Shown piece after piece: positions 63,388 to 64,000 of a DNA stretch of 64,000 bases. Made by a program: the position numbers and the translations under genes. The DNA comes from Bacteroidales bacterium. GTDB taxonomy: Bacteria; Bacteroidota; Bacteroidia; Bacteroidales; Azobacteroidaceae. Every line of letters begins with the position of its first letter. The stretch's first letter is position 1. The notes under the pieces are model-generated. The model did not search any database. It saw only the letters and a list, made by a program, of their open reading frames with translations, and was not told the origin of the DNA. The stretch is taken from contig BHEP01000002.1 in NCBI GenBank assembly GCA_003851245.1, positions 7,403 to 71,402 of the forward strand, in the 5' to 3' direction.

Positions 63388-64000
63388 ATGCAAACAAACA
63401 TTCCTTTCAAAGTTTTTTCGGGAACTAAATCTCGTTATTTGGCCGAAAAAATATGCAACAGCCTAGGCTGTAAATTAGGGCATATGAACATTGAGTATTT
63501 TGCCGATGGCGAATTTTCGGCGTCTTACGAAGAATCCATTCGGGGTTGTCATGTTTTTTTGGTGCAATCGACATTCCCTAGTTCCGACAATTTGATGGAA
63601 CTCCTCCTCATGATTGATGCTGCCAAGCGAGCTAGTGCAAAATCTATTGTAGCTGTGGTTCCTTATTTTGGATGGGCACGTCAGGATAGGAAAGATAAGC
63701 CGCGAGTTTCTATAGGGGCCAAATTGATTGCCAACCTGCTAAGTACAGCAGGCATAAGTCGGTTGATAACCATGGATTTGCATGCCGATCAGATACAGGG
63801 CTTCTTTGATGTTCCGGTAGATCATCTTTATGCTTCGGCCGTTTTTGCCGAATATATCAAGAGTCTTAATTTGCCCAACCTCATTATTGCTACTCCCGAT
63901 GTAGGAGGCACCAAGAGGGCTAGTGCCTATGCCAAGTATTTGGATGTGCCTATGGTAATTTGCTTCAAGCTTCGCAAAAAAGCCAATGAGATTTCAGAGA
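63388..64000 (+). CDS. prs: Ribose-phosphate pyrophosphokinase (5' part; runs off the right edge)
   Basis: Hand translation gives MQTNIPFKVFSGTKSRYLAEKICNSLGCKLG...YFADGEF...VVPYFGWARQDRKDKPRVSIGAKL...MDLHADQIQGFFDVPVDHL...ATPDVGGTKRA. These are diagnostic PRPP synthetase motifs. There is no stop before the window end, which is why it is absent from the ORF track. Confidence 0.93.
   Translation, partial: MQTNIPFKVFSGTKSRYLAEKICNSLGCKLGHMNIEYFADGEFSASYEESIRGCHVFLVQSTFPSSDNLMELLLMIDAAKRASAKSIVAVVPYFGWARQDRKDKPRVSIGAKLIANLLSTAGISRLITMDLHADQIQGFFDVPVDHLYASAVFAEYIKSLNLPNLIIATPDVGGTKRASAYAKYLDVPMVICFKLRKKANEISE

Noticed and set aside
1-64000. A search by eye of all intergenic regions for tRNA, rRNA or tmRNA genes, riboswitch-like leaders, CRISPR arrays, integrase or transposase genes, restriction-modification, toxin-antitoxin or other defence modules.
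   Set aside because: Nothing convincing was found. The intergenic regions are short or AT-rich promoter regions. A covariance-model scan (Infernal/Rfam, tRNAscan) would be needed to exclude small RNAs formally.

Overview
This window looks like a Bacteroidota (Bacteroidales-like) chromosomal segment. The evidence is SusC/SusD pairs, hybrid two-component sensors, T9SS C-terminal sorting domains and TAnnTTTG -7 promoter boxes.

Content from left to right:
1. The 3' end of a glycosidase-like gene.
2. PUL-1 (1.0-13.1 kb): SusC/SusD, an in-line HTCS, a GH88/105 and a GH2. By eye it is more GC-rich than the rest of the window.
3. PUL-2 (13.3-36.2 kb): a divergent HTCS, a T9SS-sorted protein with two CBM-like modules, two lipocalin-like lipoproteins, two tandem SusC/SusD pairs (the second SusC lacks the usual N-terminal extension), a small lipoprotein, two GH30 paralogs (one T9SS-sorted) and a GH2.
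4. Housekeeping genes trpS and carB. carB is preceded by a candidate leader-peptide/terminator attenuator.
5. A ~1.9 kb low-GC decayed islet holding an orphan Rhs/YD-repeat C-terminal toxin cassette, a possible immunity ORF and frameshifted fragments.
6. A housekeeping block: class I fumarase, engB, DUF4494, yggS, a DHOD-like gene, folA, thyA and a SAM methyltransferase.
7. PUL-3 (49.8-59.3 kb): ECF sigma, FecR-like anti-sigma, an STN-domain SusC, SusD, one 807-aa protein I cannot assign to a family, and a truncated remnant.
8. An LPS-core operon (DUF4254, GT9, LPS kinase), then pdxB and the 5' part of prs.

I saw no rRNA, tRNA, CRISPR array, intact transposase or integrase, and no recognisable defence system. 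I did not find a complete, clearly novel multi-gene system. The best leads are the orphan Rhs toxin locus, the carB attenuator, the unassigned 807-aa PUL enzyme and the T9SS-linked PUL-2 front end.

All coordinates for hairpins, boxes and corrected starts were counted by hand. Family names come from motif recognition, not from searches.
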